A DNA stretch of 64,000 nucleotides from Kudoa neothunni (Eukaryota; Animalia; Cnidaria). Within the stretch, counting starts at the first letter, position 1; every line of letters starts with the position of its first letter. This document shows, piece by piece, positions 11,601 through 26,210 of this stretch. The stretch spans positions 12,281,843 to 12,345,842 of the forward strand of contig OZ199838.1 of assembly GCA_964304625.1 (NCBI GenBank), given 5' to 3'. The position numbers were made by a program, and so were the translations under genes. The notes under the pieces are model-generated. The model was not told where the DNA came from. It did no database searches and was given only the letters and a program-made list of their open reading frames with translations.

Positions 11601-14600
11601 CAAAGCTTACTTAATAGACGAGGAATTTCTAAATTATTTTGACGCTTTTACTTATTTAAATCTGATGTAAACTTTAATTTGAAATTATTTGTTTCATTTT
11701 ATTCATGAAGCATTATCAAATATTAATTATCACTTAAACAAATCGCCCAAAAAATAGTTTACGACATTTACATTGTCATTTATAGGGAGCGAAAGCCTAC
11801 TTTTGAAAGATGAAGAGCTGTCTTAGATTTTTGGATGATCAAGTATAAAAACTTTCATACTTTATTGTTTTTAATATTCTCATGCATTAATTTTATGAAG
11901 AATAAACGGATTATACCAAATTTATGGCATTACTGAGTATAAAAAATTAAGATAGGCTCTGGAATCGATTAAACCCTTAATGCACTATATAGTTCAAGTA
12001 GAAGTGGACCAACTTCCACCATAGTGATCTTAATGAACCATGAAAAATATTCACAAGCATAACAGCAAAAAACTGGTTATCCAATAGAATTAACCAAGTT
12101 TATTGATTTTACTATTTTATGCCAGCTCACTGCGATCCATTAAAAATTGTAACAGATATGCATGAAGAATTTACACAATTCTTTAAATCATAAAATATTA
12201 CTGAATAAATTAAAACCTTTCTGTCTAAGTTTACAACGACTATTGCAATAATTTTTGCAGTAGATAGAGTATTTATCCCAAGCCGGAAAAGGGCCGATAC
12301 TAGTTAATAATTTCTTGGTCTAAGTAAAATTGATTTTAAATTTCGAAAATAAGGAAAACTTACCCAAAAAATTAGAACATTTGAAGGCATTTAAAACGAA
12401 ATTTTATAAAATGAAAAAAATCGGTTACTTACTGGTTATTAACTTCTCAATTGTATAATCCGTTCGAAAATAAAATATGAGTCAAACAAAAGTTTCAAAT
12501 TAATGTAATGTTTTGTGGAAATTCGTGCATAATATATTCTCAATTATATTAATTAAAAATACATGGTCTAAACGACGAGACCCTTCAAATTTTGACTGTA
12601 TAAAATTTATTCCCTGGGCCAAAAAAATGACCAATGTATTTAAATTAAGTGTTCTTTGCGTTCGACTTAATTTCAAATTATTCCTCGAAAATACTCGATG
12701 TCACCTTTTGTAGATTTTACTTGATTATCAATGGTGATTACTAAGATTTAAGCTCGATTTCTTTCACATATCTGTAGGCTAGATGATGAAGTATCCAATA
12801 TGGAGATAAAAGACTAATTTGAGATTAATCAGATACAATTAAAATAACACAAATACTTTGGCTGGTTGGAGAAATATTTAAGATCAACAAAAGCCAATGA
12901 TCGAATAATATGTTTCAATGAATTATCAATAAAACCATCAGGCAACGTTTTAACGGTGTGTTGAATCTTTGTTCCGAATGTACTATAAGAAAGTGGAGAT
13001 GTTATAGCAACTGAAAACACACAATGCAAGTTATTACTTGGAAATAGATTCGAAATTAATGACAGGGTTCTCGTTATGGCAGAAGATTATCGAATTATCC
13101 TCCAATAAAGTGAAACGTGTGTTTGTGGAATCATGCCGACAAATTGACTGGGGATCACAAGGGAACATAATTGATTTGTAGGCGTCGGGCTTAGATATCA
13201 AATCTACTAGCGAATTGAAATATTGGTTGGATCTGGTAGGTGGAATAGCGTTCATGTTGGAAAGGAGCGTTGAGCGATCAACTTTAATTGTCTTCAAAGC
13301 CACAAAAAAACAACGCTTTTTGAATGGAACAGGTGAGCTTATTTCGCATTTGTTTCCTTTCAATAAAAGCTTTAATTGGATTTATATAGAATTTAAGTAG
13401 ATTTTAATAGTTACATCAGACAACTCGAATCCAGCCTTGTATTTGTTGGTGACAAGAGTGGGTAATTTTTTGGTTGGATCCATTGTGTAAGGATGAACAA
13501 ATTTTACCCCTCCAAAAGAGTTATCGTTAATCTCTGCCAACGAATGTTGATTCAGAAGATAGTATTCATTTGGTTGACTTCAAATAGATAATTTAGTCAA
13601 CATAAACTACAAACAAACTTACTTTGATCCACTACTGGTTAATGGTTGTTGTGAAGCGACTAATATGAGTGATTTTTCAGATTCTGTCGTCAGATTATTG
13701 CTGCTATTGCTACGGTTAACTTTGGAAATCGGTTGCGAGTCCATGTTAACAATGCTGATTGGCTTGAAAGTAGGGTCAGATTGTTGGTTCTGGTTGTCCT
13801 GTTGAGACAGACGTAGAACAAATTGTTTTGCATTCTCAACACTCTTTTTCGACAGATGAAGCTGTTGACCCAACCCCGTGGTAAAAAGTGTAGTGTTGGA
13901 GTCCATTGGGTTGATGTTTTCAATGGCTCTCTCCAAACGTTCGTTGGTAGCAGAATTATTACGACTAAGGTCTTGAGAAAGGTTTTCGAACAAATTGTGA
14001 GCTATATCCAAACCCTTGGCGGATATTTCAACGGGTTTACCCAAACCTGTGGTGAAAATTGAAAAATTAGTACTCTTGGTAGTCACAGGTGGGGAATTTT
14101 GAGGAATTTTGCGTTGGGAATCCTCCAATTCTTGGGATATTCCTGCAAAAATGTTTTTCGCTTTCCGTAAACCTTCTGCCGAAAAATTCACCGGCTTTCC
14201 CAAACCAGTTTGGAAGACAATAGCCTCCTTTTTGCCAACCGAACTAGCACTTCGAGGACTACCAACAAAACTCTCAGCATCAACTTTAGGATGCTGAGAA
14301 TGAGCAGACGATCTCGAACTGACTGGAATAGTTGGTGAGAGATTGTAATCACTTATAGAATCGTTAAAGGTGTCATTCATCGTAATAAGGTTGGGGTTTG
14401 GGGAACAGATATCTTCGTTGACTCCTTGGTGATTATCGAAACAGTTTTCAGCAAAATCCAAACGCACTGGTACAAAATTAGTGGAGTCATTTTTGGTAGT
14501 AAAAAGCTGTTGAGATGAAGTATCAAACCTTCTTTTCCTACCACTGATAGACAATGGTGTTGAACATTTCCTGAAACCTGAACTTGGATTAATCGTACAG

Positions 14601-15103
14601 CTACTAATCATAGGTTGTGTGGTTGTATCAACAATCTATAACGAGATATCATTCAACTATTGCACAATTTTATTTTAAAACAACTACAGAGTTTTGAGGA
14701 ACTATTGCCAACGGTTCTACAACACTACTGCAAACTTTATGTTGCCTTTCAACAACTAGCATCAATTTATTATTGAGTGACAAAAAATCCGAATTACCAG
14801 GAGTTTCCATACTATTTCTCCAGAGTACACTTGACTTGTCGAGTGTTATATCGGGAATTCTTGACTTGCCGATTGAATGATTCTCTACAGAGAGATATAT
14901 TTGTATTTCGTTTATTCAGTTAATACCGATAAAAAGATTGAAATCATTGGAATTATTTATTGCTTCCAAAATGGAATCACTAAATAATTTTATATTTGAG
15001 ACAAGTATCAAACTCTGAATACTCGGAATCATCGAAAAATACATCCTCTAAACGAAAAACTGTTAAAATTTTGTAATACGATATATGTACCATCGCTTCC
15101 CAT
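8670..15103 (-). CDS. BRCA2: BRCA2 homolog, compact: 3 BRC repeats, helical domain and OB folds
   Basis: Three FxTGLG(K/Q) BRC repeats in 13619-14611. Helical domain DNSLKHIIRSLA and LSPYWILHHLAYRYVKEIE. OB1 motif IELSDGWYTV, then LNINSTR...KLGF and VVMLKIYP. Alternative start at 15163. Confidence 0.9.
10507..12710 (+). mobile_element. Degenerate Tc1/mariner-like element inside a BRCA2 intron
   Basis: TA|CAAAAGGTGAC ... GTCACCTTTTG|TA (11-bp TIR plus TA TSD). Faint FQ-DN and SP-L transposase traces at ~11450-11620. Removing it leaves an ~78-nt intron. Confidence 0.7.
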
Positions 15104-15599
15104 GCTTCCGCTCGTTGGGGTTACAGAAAGCGTGCGCTTTTGAGCCGTGCGCAAAATAATCATTTTTTATTTAATTCGTGAGTTATTATCCAATAAAAAT
15201 ACCTCAGAATTTTCATGATATAATTGTTTCAGAAATTTTCATTTTGTATGAGAAGAGAAGACGAAAATTGAGTATATTTCTACCTTTTAACATTATCTTA
15301 AAATATCTAAAATTAATTTTTAAAGATATTTATATCGTACCAACTTTTCATCGATATATTTTTTGGCTTTATTTAACTTGAAAGCCAACCATTGTTTATC
15401 AAATATGGTTAAAGGTAGTTGTTCTTAAACCCAGAAATTTAATGTCAGATGTCGTGTGCATGTTACCTCCTAATTTTTATTTTTGTAAGTTTTAATTGTA
15501 GTTATCGTATATAGTATAGACAGACTCAGTGTTCGCGAGAAATACCTTTCACGACAACAATTTATTCATAAAAATGAATAAGTAAAGCGAAATTAAAAT

Positions 15600-16800
15600 T
15601 CAAACACCTAGCATTCGGGACTATTTTTCAATACTTTATTCATGAATAATATATTTTTATTATACAATCCAAAAATGGTTTAGACCAAGATAATTTAATA
15701 AACAGGATGTAATAGAAGGGAGGACCAAAAGAGATTAACGACATCAAAAATCAGGTTGCGCTTAATCCGAATTTTGAAACCAACAAACCATTGTTGAAAG
15801 TAATCATTTCTTCTCATAAACAGTTATGAGGTATCTTTTATTTGAGAATTATAAAGTAAGGAATTAACCAAATAAATATCCATTGTTATAAGATACATGG
15901 GAGTAATACATTTTGGGAAAAATTGATTTCTAATTTCTTTGAACGTCTATAATTGTTACAATAATATAAAAAATTTTATAAATTTTTCGTTGTGCTTTTT
16001 TCTCCTTTGGCATATTGTCTGAAATTGTTCGAGGAAGTCTTCAGTTTTTATATTCCACACATTAAATCGCTTTAAAGTTTAATGTTTAATAAGAAAGTTT
16101 AATATTTTCAACGAAATGGCCTTTATACTTAATTAACTTTTTAAATAATATAATTGTAGTAATTTCAACAAACATCCAAATTATAAAAAAATTGCAAATG
16201 TGTTTTTTTAAATTAATTTATTTGAAATTGGCTAAATATTTTCCAAAACAAAAATTATCAAGTAATGAAAGTATAACTAATTATCTAATATATATTTTAT
16301 TGGAATAATAATTTGTTTGTTTTATTAATATTAAATTATTATAAATCAATTACTGGTTGATACCATGAAAAACAGTTCTTCATTACAAACCACGTGAAAT
16401 TGATTAAAGAGGGTAAGACGAATCATTATAACGGATCTACCGTTAGACTACTTATTGTAATAATCTAATTTGATGTAACAATATGAAAAAATATATTTTT
16501 TAAATGTAACAATCCAATAATGATTGTGTCGAATTTTGTTAATCAGTAATCGATTCTATGTAGTCCTGTATGTCTGGAATTTAATACGTTTTTTGAATTG
16601 TGACGATCACAAAATTGTATTGCCGATAGCTGAGAGTTTACTGTTAACATTATTTGTTAGATCTCTGCAGTAAATTATTCAAAATCTTAGGAGCGCAAGA
16701 ATAATTCAGCAATGTATCTACGATATATAAATTTAAGAGGATTATTCGTGTGTGCCAGAATGTACGTTTATGTGAGGATATTTTATCCTTATAGAAGAAG
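15600..16800 (+). mobile_element. Highly decayed mariner/Tc1-like transposase relic
   Basis: Fragments reminiscent of the GRP/HTH region (~15720) and the C-terminal RI...IIRVCQNV (~16695-16765). No clear TIRs. Confidence 0.3.
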
Positions 16801-19800
16801 TTGAGAAAACCATAGATCAATGTTTCCAAACATGTTTTAACTGTGACTCATATTTTTCAGCAAAATTTTAAAAATATTTAATAGAATTTAACGTTAAAAA
16901 TTGAAATTGTACTACTTTCATCATAATTATTTTTAATTTAAACATATTATATAGCTTTAATTTTACTCAGAATTTTCAAGTTTTAATGTCACTTTTTAGA
17001 CTACTTTTATAGGGGGTTTCTATCAAGCACGACAATTTTATTTTTCGAACCATTTAAAAACATTTATTTGACTATTATGAATTTAAATAAAATATTTTTA
17101 AAATAAATAATTAGGTTTTTTCTGGATTATTTTGTTGTGACGTGTGGTTCGTAACTTTTTCAGGTGCGTTGAGATTTTTGTTTTCGATTGGTGGTGAAAT
17201 TGGGGACAGAAATAAAAATTGAGGTAGGGCTTAAATGAGAATTATAAAATAATAAAATTTTTCCAAAACCAGCGAAGGCGTGGAGCGGAAGCAATATTGA
17301 AAATAAGCCAATATTACTGATTTTATAAGTGATGGTAACTGTAACAGAGACGACAAATTTCATAGATTTAATGGCTTAGGACGAAGAATTATTCCATTCA
17401 AAATTTCGCTCTCTCTCATTTATCTGATTTAAGACATTACTTGAAATATCTTAGTTTAAATAGTTATAAACATCAAACGGATATTTAACGAGAAGTACAC
17501 AATGTAATTGTCAGAAAACTTAAAAATATTACTAACTAAGAAATTTACCCCAAAATAAATTATTTTTATAGTTGATTTATAGCATTGTATCCTCTTTAGT
17601 ACCAAGACGCAATCTTAGAAATTACGAACCACGCGTATATTAAGCATGGTTCATAATTTTTTCTTGATCGCAATGGGATTACGAACGAGTGGTCTCCCAT
17701 TGTATAACTAATTCAAACCTTAAACTTTAAGAAATACCCATTGATGATCCATCCTTTTGTATGTTCATGTTATGTTTTTTCATTTAATTAATGCACTTTA
17801 TCAAAATTCCAAATATTATACTTTACATAATAAGTAACATTCTGAATTTTACTAATTGTTTGCTTCATCGATGTTTCTGAGGAGTATCAAATATTTTATT
17901 TAATATTATTTCAAAGGTCAAATTTCTTATCCATAACATATTTTTTATATAGTTAATAATAAAAAATAAAACGTTAATTCAATTATATCCATGTAATGTT
18001 TTAAAATACACAAGGTTATAATAAACCAAATAATAAAATTCGTTAAATTTATCCTAAGGCGTTGATATAAAAAATTACCATTTTGTGTAGAATAAAAACT
18101 TTGTTAAGTTAAAATATTTACTATGGGATTTATGTATTTTATCCTATCATGAAAAAATGTAATGATGTCGTATTGGCGGGTTCATCACAAAAAATTTAAT
18201 AAATATCTTGTTCATAACATTTTTATTAATTTTTTTATTTTAAGAACTTATTTTGTGTTAATTTAAAAATTGCATACTTATTCAAGATATAGTTGTAATT
18301 TGAAAAAAACAGGCATTATTCTTTGTTACGCACGTATTTTCGTCGATCATAGGTCTATGAATGAAAAATTTGATGAAATTTCTTAATTTAAAAAATTATG
18401 CGCTGCAAAATAATTAGGATTGATTTTTTAACCTTAAAATTATCGAGTTTGATTGCAAAAGTATCGGGTCAGATCAAGAAACCCTATAATAAACCGCCAA
18501 TTTTGTTCCGTATCGATTCATCACTCTGGCTTTTTAATCATTTTCGCCAATTTCTCATACTCTAATCAATTTTGTAAATATATTTTTCTTATTTTTTGGA
18601 ATTTGGTTTATGGAGCCAAATGGAATCACCAATAATAAGCCACAAGTTACTAGTTTTTGCATCCATATTCAAGGAAACGAACACAATATATTTTGTCTCT
18701 ATTATTTCTCTCAATTCATAAGACAATATGAACAAAAATTGTAGTATTTTTTATGTAAGTTAAATAAATATAAATGTAACATGCATACAAATTTTGTTTA
18801 GCATAACGCCATTTCCTAATATAAATGGTTTTCGTTAATTCTCGTTTTTAAAAATAATTTGTTCAGATGCTGACTTACTTCATTTTTCACTAGAAAAAAT
18901 AGTATTTAAGTTTTCAATGTTTCGTTATATATATATAAAATATAAAATCCAATGTTGGAAATATTTTAATTTGTAATATTTAACTCACTATTTTAGAAAT
19001 ATTTAATATAAACAAGTATAAAATATTATTGTAAGAATAATTTCTAGTAAGGAAAGAATGAATGATCACATCAACAAATAACACGCTACCATGACATAAC
19101 ATCGTTTGAAGGAGATTTAATTTAGTATAATTTTTTCTACATAAAAGATTTTTCCTTTGTGCCCTTATCCTACCAATAAAATTTATCTAACCTATCAATT
19201 ATTTTAATTATTTTTTACATAACTATAATAAATAAATTAATCCTTTTAAAATTTCAACTTAAAAATAAGAAAACTAATCATTTTATCCAAGTAAATATCA
19301 ATTATAATATACTGTCAAAGGTTTTGTTATCAACGTTTAGAAAATTGACGTGTTATAGTAAATTTATTAAATAATAAGATAACCATTTTTATCAAATGCT
19401 TTAATTATTTTAGTTTACGTATTTAATAACTGATATAATATTTTTAAAATAACTGTACATAGTTATTGGTCATACTCTTAGAGATAAACATTTTCATTAG
19501 AACCGTAAATTATTCTTTTCTGCTTTATTAAAAAATTCACGAAACTTTAGAAAAACTTAATATTTAGTTCAAAAAATTTTTTTAATATTCAAAAATTTCA
19601 AATGTGATCATACGAGGAGAGCTAATCCTCGTATTGCGAATTTGAGTTCAGAAACAAATTAGAAAAATATTCACATAAAATTCTAAAAATTGATTTTTTA
19701 TCTAATAGAATAGTGAATTATTTCCATTTAATTCGTAGCTTTTCCAAAAAACATATTCCCTATTTTCCAATGCGATTGAGATCGATGATGATATAACAAC

Positions 19801-19915
19801 GTAAACCGATCTGTTTCCAAAATCCTATTCAAATGGGACTATTACTGCCAAAACTGGTATTTAAATCTTAATGAATTAACTCACTTCGTTATAATCTCAT
19901 AAAAGAGACCAGAGC

Positions 19916-22900
19916 ATGAGAACTCTAGTGCTTTTGGTTCAAATATTATTTTGTATAAAAACCACTGACCAAATCGATCCAGTTACCACTAACGGTGTCA
20001 TACTTGGGGGTTATCTAAAAAACTACCGTATCACTTACTTTAAAGATGGTGAAAATTATCTTATTGTTCATTACACCTCTAATAATTTCGAATATCGCAA
20101 CTATCAAGACATAACATGTCACATCTCTAATGACAATGGAAAAACATTTAAACTTATTGACGGCATCAAGAGTGATATGGTTATAGACGATATTTATTTT
20201 ATCAAGTCGATCCTTTATTTTGTTCAACGAGCTAAGCGTGCAATAATATGGTCGAACAATTTTGGTAGAAGTCTAAACATCACAGTTCACTCTGGTGACA
20301 TTATCAACATGGTTATTAATCCCGACGATCCCACAACTTATGTGATTATGACTTTTAAATTTGTAATCACAGTTTGATACATAATCAGTTTGAACTTTTT
20401 TCATAGATTTATGAATGCAAAATATGTTATTTTTCCGGAGAAAAATGCATTATACTTAAACTCTGTTTCAAGCATGCCACTTGGTTTTTTATTTTTAATT
20501 GGGATTTAATTAATTTAAATCTCTAGGAAGACAACCAAATCCAATGAGAGCTATCTGTTTTTTATATCTGGTAATTTTTCTTTGTTAGATCATAATTTTA
20601 TATATTTACAGGCTATTGGGGAGTAAGCGTATGGAAATCACCTAAAACAACTCCCACAGACTACCACATATTAACAAGCAAATTTGAATCCATTGTCGAA
20701 AATAATGGCTATATTTTCGCTTCATATGTAAATGTATGTAACTTATATCTCAACACAACTCGTGTAGACAACTAAATGTGATCATGTTCAGATTCTCACA
20801 GGCAACAAACACCTCGGGTTGGTCAACGATGACTTGACATTGAATAAGTTTGAATTTATTACTCGTATTAATGTCACTGTAGGTGTAGATCTATTAAATG
20901 TAAGGTATTAGTTGTTTTATTCAAGGATTTCAGTTTGGTCGAGTTTGCTTGCAATAGAATCTATGTGATAGCTTGGAATCAGCTTCATCCTCTTACCAAG
21001 GTGCTACTTATTGGAGATCTAAAAACCTTCAAATTAAGGCAAGTTGCCGAATTGAATGCATTTTCCAGAAAACAACACGAAATGTGACTCAAATATTATT
21101 ACAATAGTTTAAATTAATTCTTCATAGATTTCTCCAGCAAGACTCTAATATGTCAGAAATTATGTTCAAATATTCAATAGTTACCCGAAAAACTAACAAT
21201 GGCGAATTTATCAGCTATAAACAAACACAAATATCTACTAATTATGGATTCAGCTGGAAAAATGTTAACTTTTATGTGCAAAATCTGCTAGAATGCCAGT
21301 CCTTAAATGTAAATATTTTTTTAATATTTACTGTACACATTAAATTATTTTATAGAATTTGTGTGGTTTGTATCTACTTAGATATGGTGATAATTCCAAA
21401 AAGCATAAGGAAAGTTACGACAACACTATTCCTTGGTTTAAATATTCTAATGGTTCTCAATATCATTCTAAATGATGCTCTCTCAAAAACTTTACTTAGG
21501 TATTGTATTCATCCCTGGTCGATATTATTCCCTGAAATACTTGATGTTATCGTACGATTTTGGACAAAGTTGGTTTGCTGTATATGTTTCTTAAATACGA
21601 TAAATAAAAGATTTACTAATTGATCTAGACATTGAAAGGAGAATATCACACCAACATTATACTGAAAGGTGCCATTATTGTAGCTATATTGACGAAAAAT
21701 CCATCCAAAATATTGTATGTCCTCTTTTGAAGTGTATATTTTTACATTTCAAGGGCAATTTAATGGGTCCTTGGATGCTTTTAGTTTACTATTTATATTA
21801 AAATCTAGATATGCGCTCAATAACTTAAAAATAAATAAATTTCAAAATTTTATTTTTAAAATAACGCGAAAATATTATACTAATTTCATATTTTAGTTAT
21901 AGCACAAACTTTGGCCTTACATGGATAAATTATACTCCTCATCTTAAAGATGGCACCGCCAAAATTATTTTTACACTTGGAAATATAAATGATAGTTTTG
22001 TAAGTGTAGTCTATATGGATAAAAAGTACAAATACAGATCTGCGTTAATCGATTTTTCAACAATGATAGGTGACTTTACTGTAACCTATATATTGTAGAC
22101 ATTAAAAATAATTAGATAGAGAATGCGACCAGGATGATTTTAATATGGTGGAATTATTCAAGATTCATTCGAATGGGACAAAAAGTTGTTTTCTGGGAAA
22201 GTCTCTTGGGGTGTATCGTAGGAAGGTTGATTCAGTTTGCCAAGACACAAAATCCTCTATGACAAGAATCAACTTTTTAACAAGGGAAAAAAGTGATGTT
22301 AATTGCCAATGCAGTTATTTGGATTATATCTGGTAATCGAAGCTTGTTGTACGATCTAAAATGAACTAGCGATCATAACTCAATTATGCATAATGGGCAA
22401 TGTACGGAATTAACAGAGAGTATTCAAAAACGTTGTTCAAATCAAACAGCTTATTGGGTTCCTGCAATCCAACAGTATAGAATTATTCTCACATGTTTGT
22501 GTCGATATTTTGGATTTTAGCTATGTTCTACCTGAAGAAAATACATGTTCTCAAACTGCAGGTCGTATAGGCCAATATGCAATAGAATATGTCCTCGAAG
22601 AACCTTTTATATTTTGTAACAAATCAGGTATAGTATTTAGTTTGAATTTGATGTTAAAAAATTAATAAATATAAAGACAATTATCAGTATATTGTCGTGA
22701 AATCAAAAGACTACTTCGAACTTATCTATTACAGCCATAATACCTATAACATTACCGGAAACTTAATAAATATTAAACTAAATTCTAACCCTAATTTGAA
22801 TTGGGGAATATATGCTGTCAATATTGAAGAGAAGAGTATTTTTGTTGTAGACAATTCATCAGAAAAAGTTTTTAAAGCTCATTGGAACGAAACCGGTATT

Positions 22901-24985
22901 TAGAGCCTTATCACTTACAACACTAATTATATTTAATGTATTTTTCACTCATATGTACAGGAATAACTGAACCTCCAACAGTAATTTTCAAAAATCCATT
23001 ACCAGAAAAAATTGTTAAGCTAGATATGGACCATTTTTCATCAAATCTGGTGATGTTTTACGAGCAAGCTCTGGTTATTCATTCAACTAAAAATTTCTAT
23101 TACAAAATATTTAATTATCAACACACCAACATATTGAAAAATTCATTAAAGTTTAACAAAAAAGAGTAAAAAAATAAACTCTTTCAGCTTTAAATTTAGC
23201 ATAGCTTAAACAACGCAACAATCTCGTATATAATTCAGGAAGCCAATCAAACCTACAGCTACCGTTTCCTTAACGTTTTTGGAGTCGAAAAATTTTCACA
23301 TACGTCCCCCAAGAACTATCCCTATGATACATTTTCATCTGTGGAAAGCCTTTATATACTTAAACCTTCCGAATTTGTTGTTGAATACAATTGTTCTACA
23401 TGCGCCCCTAATGGTAGAATCAACACAATGCCCCTCTATGTATAACTAAGTATTTTATTGGTGAAACATTATTTTTATCAATAAAGATAACACATCCCCA
23501 CTACAATAACATATATGTGAACAAACTTGGTGCCAGCAATGTGATTTTTTTAAATAACGGACAAAGTTTATCCACGGTGGACCATCATTATTTATTCCCA
23601 ATAACAGAACAGCATGAGATTCAATTTATTCACCTAAACAAAGATAAACAAAGTATTGATTAAAAAAGATAATGAGTTAAAGATATATAATAAAAGATTG
23701 TGATTGCAAGATGTTATGCTTGGATACCAACTTCGATGGCAACGTTTGTGAGAACCACACTGGACTTTCATTCAACGTAGAAAAAAATAATATCCATAGC
23801 GCAGATGAAATTCCAAAAATTATAGGTAACAAAATCACTATATTACATACAAACTGAATGTTCTTAAGATTTATTTTGTGACAAGAATAACTCATTTATA
23901 TGTCTCAACGGCCAATGTATTGATGCAAACCAAGTATGTGATGGTTCTTATGACTGCATCGACAGTACAGATGAACTGAATTGTCCAAGTGAACAAATAC
24001 TTTTCAACTATATGATTACAATTAATCTAGATTGTCCTGATGGATATCTCTGCCCAGGAAGCTTAATATGTCTATCTTCAGCTCAATATTGCGATGGTTA
24101 CCCTGGTTGTTTCGATAAATCCGATGAAATCAACTGCTTCAAAAATAGTTAATAGCAGAATGTTTTTTTTTTGAAATAGTGTATATCTAAGATGGTACAT
24201 TTCCGCAGAAATACGATGATTATGAAGAACAATATACGATAATGCATGGTGTGCATAAAGAAGCAGATTGTTCCGGTCATCTCGAAAATCCTATGTGTAA
24301 ATGTAATTGACTTGTTATTCTAATTATTGGATTGATGTTGATATTTATAGATAAAGCTTGCAGTTACGCTGAATTTGAATGCAAAAAAACTAAGCAGTGT
24401 TTGCCGCTAGAACTTAGATGTGATGGAAACCTCGATTGTCAGGATGAGTCGGATGAAAATGAATGTATTTACTGATAGATAATGTAAATTATTAATTTGC
24501 CTTAGGTGCAACCACTCAATGTTCATTGAAATGTCTTGTTGGGGGCTGTCTAGTGAAGAGTCAGAGGTGCAATGGCTTTGAAGATTGTGTTCACGGCGAG
24601 GATGAATTTTCTTGTAGTAATTACTAATTGTTTGTATGAAATACTACATTTTCGGAATAGACTTTCAAGTAATGTCTTCAAACACTTCTTCCATTTTGTA
24701 TACTATTGTTTCCTGTTTTATTTTGTTTATACTCTTTTGTTGTGTTGCCTTCATGATCACCGACATCTATAATTATATCAGAAATTACACTGGAAGATTA
24801 AATGAGGAATACAATCAAGGTGCATTTAAATAGATTTATATTCTTTTAATAAACTCAATTTAGATATCGAAAATACTTATATACGACGTAGGCCAAGTTT
24901 TACCCGAAGGATGGTGCGACTAAACCAAAGATTAGACCATAGGTACATTGAAGACACTTACAGAGTTATTTTGCCAACATTCTGA
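19916..24985 (+). CDS. Vps10p-domain / LDL-receptor class A type I membrane receptor (SorLA/SORL1-like), many short exons
   Basis: Signal peptide. Asp-box repeats [32 protein letters not shown]. 10CC-like region [18 protein letters not shown]...[12 protein letters not shown]-like segment, then four LDLa repeats (e.g. [28 protein letters not shown]). [24 protein letters not shown]. Cytoplasmic tail ends YRVILPTF*. Confidence 0.88.
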
Positions 24986-25241
24986 ATCCAATCACCAACC
25001 TGAGGTAAAAATTTTAAATTTAGAAAAATATAATTAGTCATTTATTATCTTCTAGGTGATTCTTATTTTTTGGGGATATGTTTACTAATTTATTGCATAG
25101 TAAATACGTATCACCGATAGTCTTTAATTTGATAATTTTCTTTTCAACTCTGTATCTTATTCTAATCGTTTATGAAAGATTTTAATAATTACTCAAATAA
25201 TTGTTAAAATCTATATGCAGCCAAACAAATTAACTATAATT

Positions 25242-25264
25242 TATATATATATATATATATATAT
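25242..25264. repeat. (TA)n microsatellite
   Basis: About 11 perfect TA units. Confidence 0.9.
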
Positions 25265-25699
25265 TTGGGATCTCAATATTAATAATGTTTGTGATTATCT
25301 GCGTTGAAAAATATTTTAGTGGGTTTTGATGCTCTAAAATCCGCTGTCCAATATGATACTTCTATTACTTTAACTAGATAAGCTAAAAAAAGTTGATTTG
25401 AACACCTTTTTAATTTTTAATCAATAAATAATTGATTAACGTCCCACAGGTCGCAATAGTGTTTTATTTATTTCTAGGAAAAATTTTGCACTTGTAGGTT
25501 CTGGGGTGGGATTATAAAATAAATTAAAGCAGATGATAAGTCTCATTGAGATTTTGAGTCGAACAGTGTTTTTATGTTTCTCTATGCATAAAAAATGCAT
25601 GTGTGATATATCTAACATGTTAAAAAATTATAATGAGCTAACATATGAATTTTTATTTGACTTAAAGAATTCATTAAGGGACAAAAATACCCTTTTTAT

Positions 25700-26210
25700 T
25701 GTCTAGAATATTAATTTTTGACTTCGAATTTTCTTCACCGATTACATTATTGCTCAGTAAACATAATGACATAACAACTGATTTATTTAATGACCTTGTA
25801 AGAATTTAGCGTCGTTTTGGTTCATACAGGAAGATATTGCTATAAAGTTTTGTTAACAAATAATACAGAAGAAAATTCTTTTGTCTTAAAACCCATTACC
25901 AAATATAATTTCGTTTCAACTCATTTATTAGAAAGACTAACTAAGAGCAAATAATTATCAATATACTAATTTTACCATGAATAGAAAAGTAAAGTTTCAA
26001 ATATTATAACCTATATTTCGATCTATAATTTCGTGAGAATTTGGCTAGATAAAATTCTTCACCAACTATGTTTTTGGGTTATATATAACTGAAGAATATA
26101 TCGATTTCAACGGAATGTGTAATTCTATATTTCGGCGGCATATATTGCAGAAATAGACACCTGCCTTCAAAAAACCAATTATTGGGAAGCCATTCCAACT
26201 TTATATTTTA
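25700..26210 (+). mobile_element. Decayed mariner-like transposase relic
   Basis: Traces RIFFTD (~25725), FWGY-like (~26072) and GSH (~26185), in the order expected for a mariner-type DDD transposase. Confidence 0.3.
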
